Origin: Lama guanicoe
Taxonomy: Eukaryota
Direction of reading: 5' to 3'
DNA: 64,000 nt
Assembly: GCA_013239625.1 (NCBI GenBank)
Contig: MU056905.1
Coordinates: 455,967-519,966, forward strand
Shown: positions 23,580 through 34,636 of the stretch, in pieces
How positions within the stretch are numbered: position 1 is the first letter of the stretch
How the letters are laid out: every line of letters starts with the position of its first letter
Made by a program: the position numbers and the translations under genes
Notes under the pieces: generated by a model
Seen by the model: only the letters and a program-made list of their open reading frames with translations
Told to the model about the DNA's origin: nothing
The model's database searches: none

Positions 23580-24620
23580 TTCACTATGCGGCGACCCCTT
23601 TAAGATTGTAAAGGAAATCTTCCTGTCGCGTTTGCTGCCCCCTCTCTCACAGCGCCCCTCCGCCTTCCCAGCCCCTCAATTCCGCCCCAGCTTGGAGAAG
23701 TTCTTCGCGGCCGATCCCCTCCCTGCCCAGAACTCTGAGGATCCCTGGGTGCCCTCCCGGGCTGTGTTCACTACGACCAGGACCCGGCCACGCCCGGTGG
23801 CCCACCGGCGGGGCGGTGACCCCCGCCCCGGCAGCTGGCGTTGCAGCCACGACGGGGTTAAGGCTCGGGGCTGGGGGAGGGGGAGGGGGCCGGGAGGGGC
23901 GAGTGCGGAGCCAATCGGCGGCCGCGGAGTCCCCGGGGCCGCGAGCCGGGAGCGCTGAGCCGGGAGCCGGGAGCCGGGATCCAAGCGCGCCGGGCTGGGG
24001 CCGGGCAGGAGCGGAGCGGAGAAGGAGCGCGCCCGCCCCAGCCCCAGTCCGCCGCCTGCCCTCCCGCCGCCCCCTGCCGGGCGGCCGCCGCCCCAGCCAT
24101 GGAGCAAGACCACAGCCCCCGGAAGATCCAGTTCACCGTCCCTCTGCTGGAGCCGCACCTTGACCCCGAGGCGGCGGAGCAGGTGCGGAGCGGGGCGGGG
24201 CGGCCAGGGACTCGCCCGGCAGAGGACGAGGGACCCCGGGACCGTGCGATCCGAGACCCCAGCTCAGCCCCCCCTGAGTCGGGCGCCCCTGCCAGGGCCG
24301 GCGCGCCGTTTGGGGGTCTTCTCTTCCCTCCCCCACCGTGGGAGCCCCATCGCCCTGTCCGTGCTTCTTCGAGACAGACTGACGGATGAGCGCCCGCACT
24401 CGAAGCGGGTCCCCGCGATAACCGCTCTCTGCCTCCCCAGCCCTGGGGAAGGGGGCCTGCCTGAGGACACGACCCCTCCCCCCTTCGCCGGTCTCGCATC
24501 CCCCACCCAGTCAACGCCCGCCAGAGTTTCTGAGCTCGGCGGGGGCGCCCAAGGGTGTCGGCAGCGTTCGGGAGGGGGTGAGGGAGAGGGCAGGCGAGGG
24601 CGGGAGTTGAGAGAGGAGCA
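23580..24620 (+). promoter_or_regulatory. PPP1R1A CpG-island promoter
   Basis: Very high GC/CpG density; GC box CCCCGCCCC 23821-23829; CCAAT 23911-23915; GAGCCGG heptamer repeats about 23943-23978. Confidence 0.85.
24099..24182 (+). CDS. PPP1R1A: PPP1R1A coding exon 1
   Basis: gccATGG Kozak; MEQDHSPRKIQFTVPLLEPHLDPEAAEQ; CAG|gtgcgg. Confidence 0.96.
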
Positions 24621-27600
24621 AGAGCCCCCAGCCCTCTCCTAACTGGGGGCGACCCTGCCAGACTCCAGAGAGTGAGGACGAGAAGGGGTTGAGTGAATCT
24701 GCGAGGGCTGCGGCTTTGCGGGAGAGGAGTGGTCGGGTCTGCAGGCTGAGGCGCCCCTCTCTGCCAGTCTGGACACGTGGGCCCTTATTTCCAACTCTTG
24801 CCCTTTGGATTGGTAGGGGGAGGGGGCCGGGGAGGGCATGGAGAGAATGGCTCCGGGAAGCCAGAGGCGGGGGCTTACTAGGGGCTGTGGTCCAAGCCCA
24901 GCGTCCGCGAGGGAGAAGCCCTGCGCTGGCCTGGGCTCAAGGGGTGGGAGTCCAGGGCCCTGGCCCAGCCTCCCGGCCCGGCCTATTTTTAGCTCAGAGC
25001 AGCCTGGCAGAGGCGGCGGTGTATGAGAGTGTGTGAGCAAGTGTGTGTCTCCGGGAGAGTGAGCATGTGTGTGGAGAGGGTGACCACCCGTGGTCGCTAC
25101 TACCGCCCATTTGCTAAATATTTGCTCATTTGCTCACTGCTCCATCTCCTTTCGTGTTCTCTGTCCCTTCACCTAGACACCCCCATTCCTAAAGAATACC
25201 CACTTCCCACAAGGACACACCTCTATTTCCCCCAACTGGCTGCCAGCTTCCAGGGCTCTGGCTGGGCCTCCCCACCTGGAAAACTCTGATCTCTTGAGAT
25301 GGGCTGGAGACAGTGTTCTTTCTGTTGCTCCAGCTCTTTGGTAGGATAAGGGCTGGATGTGAAGGGAAAGGCCTGGTACACACACCTCTCTTACATCTTG
25401 AGCTTCCCAGAGTGTAGGGAGGGGTTAGGGACTGTGTCTCCAGCCTCTCCCTGGCCTGGGAGGAGCCGCATCTCCAGACCTCAAGATGTGATAGTAGGAG
25501 GGAGGTTGGTGAGACCACAGACAGCCTGAGGATGGGGATGGGAACGAGCCATGAGCACAGGGAGCCTTCCCTTGGAACTGGGAAAAAGGCTGCTACTCCT
25601 GGAGGCAGGGGACTGGCTAAGACAACCTCAGACCCAGGGGAAAGGGCCCAAGAGTGTTGGCTGTGGGCTTAGGAGCGAAGTTCTAAGCAGAACTGCCTTC
25701 CACAGGCATAGACAAGGCTCGCTACCTGACACCTGCGTCTGTTTGGTGTTAGAGGAGGCAGGTGTAGGTGTGTGTTGGGAGGAGGAAGAGGAGAGGGGGA
25801 GGCCAGCTGGGCCAGGGGTCTAGGGGGTCAGGGGAGGACCATGAAGCAGCGCTCAGGAACCAGAGAGAAGAAGACAGCAGAGACTTCGGCCTGCTTTTCT
25901 CCCATCTTCAGAAATCTGTGTCTGCTTGGTGCGAAATCCGACCTGCAGCCTCACCTCAGCCCCTCTTGCTGTGTTACCCAAGTGTGTGGGCAAAAATCTC
26001 CAGGCTTGGCAGGAGCACCCAACCCAGACCGACTTGAGAGGGCAGCAGGAGTTGGAAACTCTGAGTTATGGAGCACAGAGTGGCTGGGGATGGAGGGGTG
26101 CCCATAGCTACCAGATCTCTGGCATGACTGGTTTGGAAATAAATCAGAAGCAAAAGCACCAGGTGTCCTTGAGAGCTAGGATTTGAGATAGGGGCAAGGA
26201 GAAAAAAAAAAGAGACTCGTTTCCTAGTAGTTCGGGTGCCTGGAGGTGCTTCAGGGAGTCTAATTTTACTCCCTCCTGCTGTAGGACATCAAAATTCTCA
26301 AGGACACTGAGTGCTTAGAATTGTTGTCCAAGGCAAGGATATTGGTTAAGGAAGGGACCTGTCCAGAGCCCTGCTGCCCTTTCTGTCACACTTTTAGTCT
26401 CTTCCTTGGGCTCCACAGCCCACCCTCTCCCTGTCTTCAGCTCCCCTCCCCCAGGACAGGAAAGAAATGGAGAGGAGTCCTCTCCTAGGAGAAGGCTGGC
26501 CTCTCCCCACATGCATGAAGCACACATACCGGCCTGCTGGCCCCCAGTACATTTGCACCAGGAAGAGCCAGAGATGTGCAGTGCATGCGTGTATGCACAT
26601 GTGCGTGCACACACTCACACACCACTAATACTGCTGCCAGGGACCTTGAAATGTCACCAAAAAAACCAGATAGCACTGGATTCTCCTGAGAAAACAATCC
26701 CTACCCCAAGCTACCCCTATGCTATGCGCCTGTTTCTTCTACAGGGAGTCCCTCTCTCACACCAACCCTGCCCCTCTTGCCATGGCTGGTACCCACTTTC
26801 TGGGCATAAAGAAGGGCTCATGACTTACCACCCCCACCCCCATGGTAATGACTCTAAATAATGGACACACAGAGATAGGAATTTGATCATTCAGTGTCCT
26901 TAGCCTACTCCTCTCAACCTTGGGAGGTTTTTAGCCTCTTTCCCAGCCCCATTTGTCTTCCCTCCCCTCTTCTGCCCGGGAGGGAGCTGCAGGGACTCCA
27001 ACCCCACAGTTCTCTTCATTTCCAAGGCTCCGGAGAAAAGGGGGAAACTACGTGTCCCAAGGGTCCTTGGACTGACTTCAACAACAATCAACTTTATTGG
27101 CAGCATTACAAAAGGACAGAGACAGGGAAAGGGGGCTCAGAGGCCCAGCAGTCAATCAGCTCTTATATGTTAATTTCTTAGAATGGGACCCTGGAGCCCA
27201 GGATGATTTTTCAGCTGAGTGTTAGTCCCCAGCCAGAGTCCTGCCTGCCTCAGGCTCCTCCTCATATTGTATTTACCATGACAAGGATTTCTCAAGACTG
27301 TATTTCCTGACAAGTCAGAAAGGCGGTGTGTCCAAGGATAGGGAGGGGATGATGCAGTGAGGAGCCCGGGCCAAGGAAATGCCCAGTCAGCCCTTCCTTC
27401 CTTGTGCTGTCCTCCCAGGCTGGGTGGGGACTGAGGTGCTGCCCACAACAGGTTCCAGTCCGTGTGGGGAGCGGGCTGGGGGGCTGAGGGGAAGAAAGCG
27501 TTGTGCCCTCTCCGGTTATTTCTGAGCATTGATCCAGGATGGACGGAAAGACAGTGGGCCAGAGATCGATGCCTTAGCACAGATATAGCTGCTGAGATGG

Positions 27601-30600
27601 AGAGCTGGTGCTAGGGCCCGGGGAGATGCAGTGACAGAAAGGGGGTTGGGGGAAGCAGGGAGTGGGGTGGCTCTGGGTCCCCAGGGGAGAGGGAGGAGCC
27701 CAGGAATGTCCACCCTGAGACCACAGGGTCAGTGTACTGCGGCACTTTTTGAGGTGTGTTAAGTGGGCAGCTGGGATTTTGTTGCTGAGGGAGTGGGGCT
27801 TTGATGCTTCCACACATACCTGACCTCTTCCCTCAGATCCGGAGGCGCCGCCCCACCCCTGCGACCCTCGTGCTGACCAGTGACCAGTCATCCCCAGGTA
27901 ACCCCAGATGGATCGCTGAAGGGAGCAGGGGCTGCTGAAGACAGCTGGGTCCCAGTGAGAGAGGGTGGGTGCTAGGGAGAAGGGCAGATCTGAGGAGCCA
28001 GAGATCTCTGACCCAGAGACAGGAAAGTGATGGCTAGATTAGCAGGAGGATTTCCTTCAGAAAGATGGAGCAGGGCTAGGGAGAGGAGGGAGACCACCTG
28101 GTTCCCAAGCCCCCCAGGAGTTGGGGTGGTCAACAGAGTACCGGTTGCTGTGGCAACTGCTTTCCAGTTTTCTCCAGCAACTGAAAGGCTGCTGCCCCCA
28201 CCCCCAGAGGCGGTGACAGCTGTGACGGGGAGGGACCGCCTCCATCAGCTCTCTTCCTGGCCCCCAGAGGGGAAAGGGGAAGGTTAGAAACAGCTCAGGG
28301 ACCAGCTGGCATTCTGGTCACCAGTGTCCCCATCAAGATCTGGGGAGAGAACAAGGTCTCAGAGAATGTCAGGGGCGCTGGTGGGCGAGTAGCAGAGAGG
28401 CGGTGATGCTAATAAGCCAGACTGGAACTCAGGATGCCTGAGTCTCCAACTTTCCTCCAACTACTAAAAAGGACTATAACCTCCCGGCCCGGCGGAGGAC
28501 ACATTTGCTGTTCTTTACCTGGTGTTCCCTCCTAGGTGTTCCCTCCTAGGCGTGGTTCAGTCCTGGATCTGGGCAGGGGGAATGTTTTGAAGGGGAAAGA
28601 GATGGATACTTCAGAAGAAGGAAAAAAGGAAAAGGACCACAAACTCTGCCTTCAGGAACCTCCAGGTCTGAGGCAAGAATAGAGATGCCGATGACTACAG
28701 AGTCCAGGACAGTACAGGAAGCAGCAGATAAAACCGGGCAGGAAGGCAGGAGGGAGCTGGAGGATGGAGGTTGGGGACAGCCACCAGGGCCAGCTTCCTG
28801 GGGGCAGATGTGAGGGATGGATCAAGAAGGAGGTGACTGCAGAGGCTCCTCCCCTTGGGAAGTCCGCTTGGCGGCGGGGGTGGGAGGAGCCTGGATTTCC
28901 CATTCTCATCACTTTCTTCTTTCCATCTTTCCCTCAGAGATAGATGAAGACCGGATCCCCAACCCGCTTCTCAAGGTGAGCTGGTCCCTCCCACTCAGCC
29001 CAGCACAGAGAACCCCCAGACTCGTTAGGGGATTATCCCTCAACTCCCCACCAATCTGTAGGACGTTTTGGCTCCCTCTTCCCTGTGCCCCTAGCATGGG
29101 CTTGAGTGGATGCACACACACACCCCACTGTGTCCCCCACACACAGACTCCGTGCTCATCATGAGGGGTGGGGGGCAGGAGTTTTCTTCCCCTACTTTCT
29201 GAAGCCCACAGCTAGTCCAGAGGGGGAGGGTGAGAAGGGCCAGCGCCCACCTGTGCTCTTCACCCTTCACAGCCGGCTCTGTCCATGTCTCCACGGCAAC
29301 GGAAGAAGGTGACGAGGACCACACCCACAATGAAAGGTGCGGAAGACCCTTCCCCGCCACACCTGATGCTGAGCGGCAGCCACATTGACCCCTTTGGAAG
29401 GAATCCTTGGGAAGTTGTTAAATCTGCCTTTATTAAAGGAGGGTTGTTGCTGGACCAACCAGGGCTGGGTTCTAGCCCTGACACCAACTAGCCTGGTAGC
29501 CTGGGAAAACTTAACCTCCAGGGCCCTGCATACTGCCTCCCTTTGGCAGATAAATTAAGTGTGTGAACTCACCCACAGAGGGCACAGCACATAGGAGGCG
29601 CTCTAATATTTCTTGAATCTAAATTGAGTCTTTTCTCCTGACCCCAAGGGAGACCATGTATCCCAGCTAGTCAGGAGGCTCTTTTGTTCTTAAGCCTCTT
29701 CCCTTCCCCCCCCCCACCTTTGAAGGAAGTAGGTTTTATTGTCTAGCTTTAGTCCCTCCTTATTGCACAGAGAACATCCTTCTTGACTGGATCTCGGGAC
29801 AGAAAAGTCAAACCACACAAGGCAGTGAGTGCCGGCCCTGTAGTGGGGCTGTCGAATTTGAGGGTCCATGGAGGAGTCTGGGAAGTCATGCTCTCTCCCT
29901 TTCTCTGTGCCCCCAGAGCTCCAGATGATGGTTGAACATCACCTGGGGCAACAGGAGCAGGGAGAGGAGTATGAAGGAGCCACTGAGAGCACAGGGACCC
30001 AGGAGTCCCGCCCAGCTGGGATCACAGACACAGAAGCGGAGTCAAGGCCGGGCACCTCTGGGAAAGCACACAGTACGTTCAGGCTGGGGAGGGGCCAGCC
30101 CAGGGGGAGGCCAGCCTTGCCCAGTCACTGCAGAGAGAGGCCCAGGGGGAGCCATAAACTGTCTGGAGAGTATGGATTCTTTGTACATACGAGGCAGTGG
30201 CTGTGTTTTGCATCTCTTCACCTTTCCTTCCGGGATGACACCATCCCCTCCCAGCTGGGACTTCAGAGCTCCCTGTTGTATGGGGGGAGCCCACCATAAT
30301 GGGAGCAGCACTGGGGCTAGAATCCTGGCTCTGCCTCTTTACCAGCCCAGAGGCCTTGAGCAACTTACTTAACCTCAGCCTATAAAGCGATCATGATGGC
30401 GCCTTGGATTGTTTGTGAAAATTACATGAGACCAGTCCTGAGTCCAGCTGCGGACACACAATGCGTGCAATCAGTGGGAGCTGAGTGCCCACGGGCCCTT
30501 ATCCCAGATGTAGGCCAGAATTCAGAATTTTTCCAGTTTTACGAAGGTGAAGCGTATATATACTGTATGTTACCTCCTACCCCGAGCAGAAACACATTAA

Positions 30601-31568
30601 TATTTCTGCAGTGAAATGAATGGTCCCACTCAGTGGAATAAATAGACTATAAAAAGCCTCATCTCCGTTCAGGTCAGGTGTAACCACACATTGAGACCTT
30701 ACCCAAATTTTTAAGCTTTTTTAGAGGTTTTTTTTTTTTCCTGATTGCAGATTTAAAAAAAAAAAAAAACAGTGAACCTAAGTAACAATTGTGACCAGAG
30801 AAAACCTTGCTGGTCCTGGGCTCCTCTCAGGGGTCACAGGAGCACAGGACAGGGTGAGCAGAAGCAGCGCCCCCTCTCCAAGCCCTCATGAATAACCACC
30901 CCTCCCTCCCACCACTCGTTCTCCCTCCCCAGAACCTGCAGAATCCATCCCGAAAACTCAGGGGAGGGGCAGTGAGAAACCCAGCACAGAAGACCCCTCA
31001 ACCCATATACCACCACTGGATTCCCAGGGAGCCAACTCGGTAAGAGGCCAGGGCGGGGCTGTGGGCCGCAGGACAGCGGGCTGTGTGGAGAGGGCAAGGG
31101 CGAAGATCTGGAGTCGGGAAGAAGGAGAACCAAGGACCAGCTTCAGTCACTGAAAGGCTATTCTCTATGGCCAGAGGACTGGCCTCTCCCCTGACAGACC
31201 AGCAGAGAAGTGGGATTAAGCTGCAGCAGGAGGGACTGAGGTTAGACTCTGTCTCAGGATTTCCAGCTCCTGAAATGGGTGATAGAAGAAAGCCACGGAG
31301 TTCCTGATAAAGGGCCTTTGGAACCCAAGGGGAGGGCTTCACCTGTGTAGGCTGAGAGAGCAGTGGTCCTGCCGCAGTAGAGAGGCTGACGGAATAACCT
31401 CGCGAGCTTTGACTTTACAGTCGCCCCTCCCCTGTGTAGACTGGACAAGGAGGGCAGCCGCTGGGGTCAGACAGCAGAAGTTTGAGACTAACGGGATGGT
31501 TGGACGGGCAGTAGGACCCCCGGCCTCTCACTCACCTCTTTCTGCCCACTTCCTCACAACAGGTCTGA
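24099..31568 (+). CDS. PPP1R1A: Protein phosphatase 1 regulatory inhibitor subunit 1A (inhibitor-1), 171 aa; join(24099..24182,27837..27897,28938..28975,29273..29336,29917..30072,30933..31039,31563..31568)
   Basis: 84+61+38+64+156+107+6=516 nt; MEQDHSPRKIQFTVPLLEPHLDPEAAEQIRRRRPTPATLVLTSDQSSPEIDEDRIPNPLLK...HIPPLDSQGANSV*. Has the KIQF PP1-docking motif and the PKA site RRRRPT35P. Confidence 0.97.
27837..27897 (+). CDS. PPP1R1A: PPP1R1A exon 2 (Thr35 PKA site)
   Basis: ctcag|ATCCGG...CCCCAG|gtaacc; IRRRRPTPATLVLTSDQSSP. Confidence 0.96.
28938..28975 (+). CDS. PPP1R1A: PPP1R1A exon 3
   Basis: ctcag|AGATAG...CTCAAG|gtgagc; EIDEDRIPNPLLK. Confidence 0.95.
29273..29336 (+). CDS. PPP1R1A: PPP1R1A exon 4
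   Basis: cacag|CCGGCT...ATGAAAG|gtgcgg; PALSMSPRQRKKVTRTTPTMK. Confidence 0.94.
29917..30072 (+). CDS. PPP1R1A: PPP1R1A exon 5
   Basis: cccag|AGCTCC...GCACACA|gtacgt; ELQMMVEHHLGQQEQGEE...GTSGKAH. Confidence 0.93.
30488..30755. mobile_element. MER46C-like Tigger MITE
   Basis: cccttatcc..gaattcagaatttttc..aaacacattaatatttctgcag..gactataaaaagcctca..ttcaggtcagg. Confidence 0.7.
30933..31039 (+). CDS. PPP1R1A: PPP1R1A exon 6
   Basis: ccccag|AACCTG...AACTCG|gtaaga; KPAESIPKTQGRGSEKPSTEDPSTHIPPLDSQGANS. Confidence 0.93.
31563..31568 (+). CDS. PPP1R1A: PPP1R1A exon 7 coding part (Val + stop)
   Basis: Polypyrimidine tract, then caacag|GTC TGA; gives the expected 171-aa length. Confidence 0.88.
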   Translation, partial: V

Positions 31569-32018
31569 GAGTAAAGGAGGTATCTTGGAATCAAGACTGC
31601 AGTTGGGAATGCATGGACACTGGAATTGTTTCTTATTTCTTCACTTTTGGGGAAAATTTCTTGTTTTTAAAAAGTGATAAATTTGGTGTTAAGTCCTTGG
31701 CACTTTCCTTCTTTCCAGACTTGGAGCATCTTTTCTCCCTCCCCTCTCGTCCTGCCCCTACATAGCCCCCTTCTCTTCTGCCCAGCTGCCTCTGGAAAGG
31801 AAGGAGTAAATATGGAAGCTGGGCAGGAGCCTTGGGAAAGGAGTTTTTTCCCAACCCTATCCTTACTTACTGGGGGTCAGACAGGTGGGAGGACTGACTC
31901 CCAGGGTACCAAGAAGGAAGAATGGCCCCAGGTTCTCTTCATATTGAGGAAAATGTATCACCATCCCGCAGCTGGGAGACTAGGAGCCCTAAGGCCAGTC
32001 CGGCTGCGGCTGTGCTGT

Positions 32019-32037
32019 GGGCGCCATCTGCTGGACA
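32019..32037 (-). promoter_or_regulatory. CTCF motif
   Basis: Reverse complement TGTCCAGCAGATGGCGCCC, near-consensus CTCF core. Confidence 0.65.
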
Positions 32038-32563
32038 CAGCTAGGAAGTGCACCTGGGCACGACCCATGGGAAAGAGCAGGTGTTGTGTGGATGCCTCCC
32101 TGCCTGTCCTGCAAGGCTCAGTGAGTCCCAGGCTTCAGGATGTGTTCCCTCCTCCAGCTGTGAGGAGACCACCACCCCGGTTCCAACCCATTAGCAAAGC
32201 TGGATGGAGAAGACAGTGGCTATTCACAAAGAGGCCCTTGCTAGGAACTGGAAAGGTCACCTCTCCCCTTTGTCCTAGACATTGAGGACACAGGGTCAAC
32301 GACAGCAGCTGAGCAGAGAAGAAACTTCCTCAGACCCCATAGCCAGGCCTCTCCTACCCACTGCTTTTGATTTTTCCCAACAATGGAGGCGAGCAGGGAG
32401 GAGGGAAGGCAAGTTTTGCCCCTGTTTACTGAAGTAGTATGATGGAGAGAAAAAAGAACTTCAGAAGTTCTTGTGCTGCTGGGCGCCCTCGGGCAAGACC
32501 TCGCCTCTCTGGGCCTCCGTTCACCCCTCCCCACATGAAACAGGGCGAACACCGCACCAGGAT

Positions 32564-32645
32564 TTTATTGAGCGTGAAGAGACAGTGTGCGCGAAGATAC
32601 CCAGTGAACGACACTCACGGCCAGGCCTGGTCTCTCCTCTTTATT
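32564..32645 (-). terminator. PDE1B tandem polyadenylation signals
   Basis: tttatt at 32564-32569 and 32640-32645 (AATAAA on the minus strand). Confidence 0.7.
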
Positions 32646-33616
32646 GACCTCTGGTGATAGCAGGGTGCTGGGAGTCCAAGGGCAGGGGTGAGTCACATGC
32701 GTCTCTGCCCCACTAGGGGTGGGGCAGGAGGGACAAGTGGCAGGTGGCAGGTCTAAGAGACCGTGGATATGACTTCACATGAACAGGCCCACTGTACAAA
32801 TGCATGGTTGGTATTTACAAGAAAGGAGGAGGGGCAGTCGCCTGGACCTGGAACTTTCTGGGGACAAAGCGGGAAGAGAGGAGCCTGAGGAGAGGAAGGG
32901 GCAGAGGCCTGGCTGGGCTCTCTTCAGAGGACACTTTTGACAGCAGCAGACCTGAGCTCTTCCCCATCTGCCCCCCTCCACTCCCCCATTTGCCCCGGAG
33001 AGGGGCCTCTTGGCACCTGTAAGTGGGCCAGTGCTGGGAGGGAGGAGAGGGACCCTCTCTGTTTGCAACACAGGGTTACTGGGTTACACCTCGCCCTCCC
33101 CATGCACCCTTGACCCCAACCCAGCTGGTCCCTCCCACCTGTGCTCATAGGATGCATCCTAAAGGTGCTTTGCTGGGGAGACCTCAGAGCACTTTACAGA
33201 CATTGGTCGGATAGGAACCTCCCGGCCCCAGGGGAGAGGAAGGAGGCAAAGGGTTCAGGATTTGGCCAGAGCAGGTGACAAGCCCCAGGGGCCTAGACCA
33301 GTCCAGAGTCCCTGCAGACCCCAGGAAAGACCTCCTCTCAGCTCCTGGTCCCAGTGGCTCCTCCTCCCCCGGTCACCACTTCGGAGAGGGAAGACTGCTG
33401 GGGGCCAGTCTGGGGATGGGGCTGAAGCAGTGCAAGCCTGGGGTAAACAGGGTGCCCCCCACCCCCAGGCCCTAGAAAGGTACCACACCCTGAAGAAGCC
33501 CACTCCCCTCCCCATGCATAGGGCTCTGAAAACCCCCATCTCTCTGTCCTATTCCAGCCCTCCGAGGGGAGGAAAAGGGGGACCCAGACCTGCCAGCTAA
33601 GATCTGGGGTAGGGGG

Positions 33617-33748
33617 NNNNNNNNNNNNNNNNNNNNNNNNNNNNNNNNNNNNNNNNNNNNNNNNNNNNNNNNNNNNNNNNNNNNNNNNNNNNNNNNNNNN
33701 NNNNNNNNNNNNNNNNNNNNNNNNNNNNNNNNNNNNNNNNNNNNNNNN
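33617..33748. other. Assembly gap (132 N)
   Basis: N run. Confidence 1.
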
Positions 33749-34532
33749 CATCTGGCCACGGGGAGAGTCCAGAGGTGGGGGGATGGACACAGTGACCACT
33801 GGGAGCCTGAAGTTCCCCAGTCTTGCTGACGGGAGATTAAAGCACGCCCCAGTGGGTGTCGGGTGGGGAGGGGCCCTTCCCTCAACCCCACAGTCTCTGG
33901 CATTTGTCCTTCGGGTGGGCTGTCTGTTCCTTGACCGCCATGCTCCCTTGGAACAGATGGGGGAGCCTGTCCCGATGGATGGTGCTGATGACGTTGAACA
34001 CTCTGGACTCGGTGAGGACCTGGGGGAAGAGGGAGACGCCTCAGTGTTCTGATCTCCACCTTCATCTCCAGCCTGACTTACCTTCCCCACGACCCACTGG
34101 ATCCCCACTCAGTCTCACATCTAGTTGTGCAAAAAGTGCCCCGCAGAATGTGCTCAGCGAGGATGTGAGTGGGGCCTGGAATGGAAGTCATGCCCAGCTG
34201 ACCTCCCAGAGCCTCGCGCCCTGGCTGCTTCCTCTCCCGGACCCGCACAAAGGAGCCACACAGGCCTCACCCCAGTCTGAGGAGCTACCGCCTCTCTCCC
34301 CGCAGAGGCTGGGACAGAAGAGGCGGGAGGACTTCCCTGCCTCCCACTCACGCCCTGGCTCAGTTCTATGTGTTTATCCTGCCTGGAAAGAGAGAGGGAG
34401 AACCTCACATCCACTGAACCACAGAGACGACCCTTCAAAGATGTCTGTTGGACACCCAGCCCTCCCTCCTCCTTGCGGAACCTCAGGCCCCTCCCTGTCC
34501 ACCACCACGAGCTCACCTGGGCCAGCCGCAGG

Positions 34533-34636
34533 CTAGTCCAGATTCCCGTTCTGGTTGTGTTCATCTTCGGCAGGGGAGGCCGGGGCCTCTTCCTCACAGG
34601 GGGACAGCTCATCAATGGACATCTGGTTGGTGATGC
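34533..34636 (-). CDS. PDE1B: PDE1B exon 15 coding part with stop
   Basis: GITNQMSIDELSPCEEEAPASPAEDEHNQNGNLD-TAG; exon continues to donor CAG|gtgagc at 34517/34516. Confidence 0.95.

Larger units (their letters stand above)
32545..34019 (-). other. PDE1B: PDE1B terminal 3'UTR exon (3' end approximate)
   Basis: Pyrimidine-rich acceptor ...cccag|GTCCTC at 34019; two minus-strand AATAAA at 32640-32645 and 32564-32569. Confidence 0.7.

Noticed and set aside
23542-25040. Many long overlapping ORFs (up to 218 aa) around PPP1R1A exon 1
   Set aside because: Expected stop-codon scarcity in a GC-rich CpG island; low-complexity Pro/Gly/Arg/Ala content with no recognisable domain
28521-28550. 14-bp tandem duplication GGTGTTCCCTCCTA x2
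   Set aside because: Ordinary intronic slippage duplication; not an array or CRISPR-like structure
33338-34108. Long ORFs crossing the N run (also 62083-62529)
   Set aside because: Length inflated by assembly gaps
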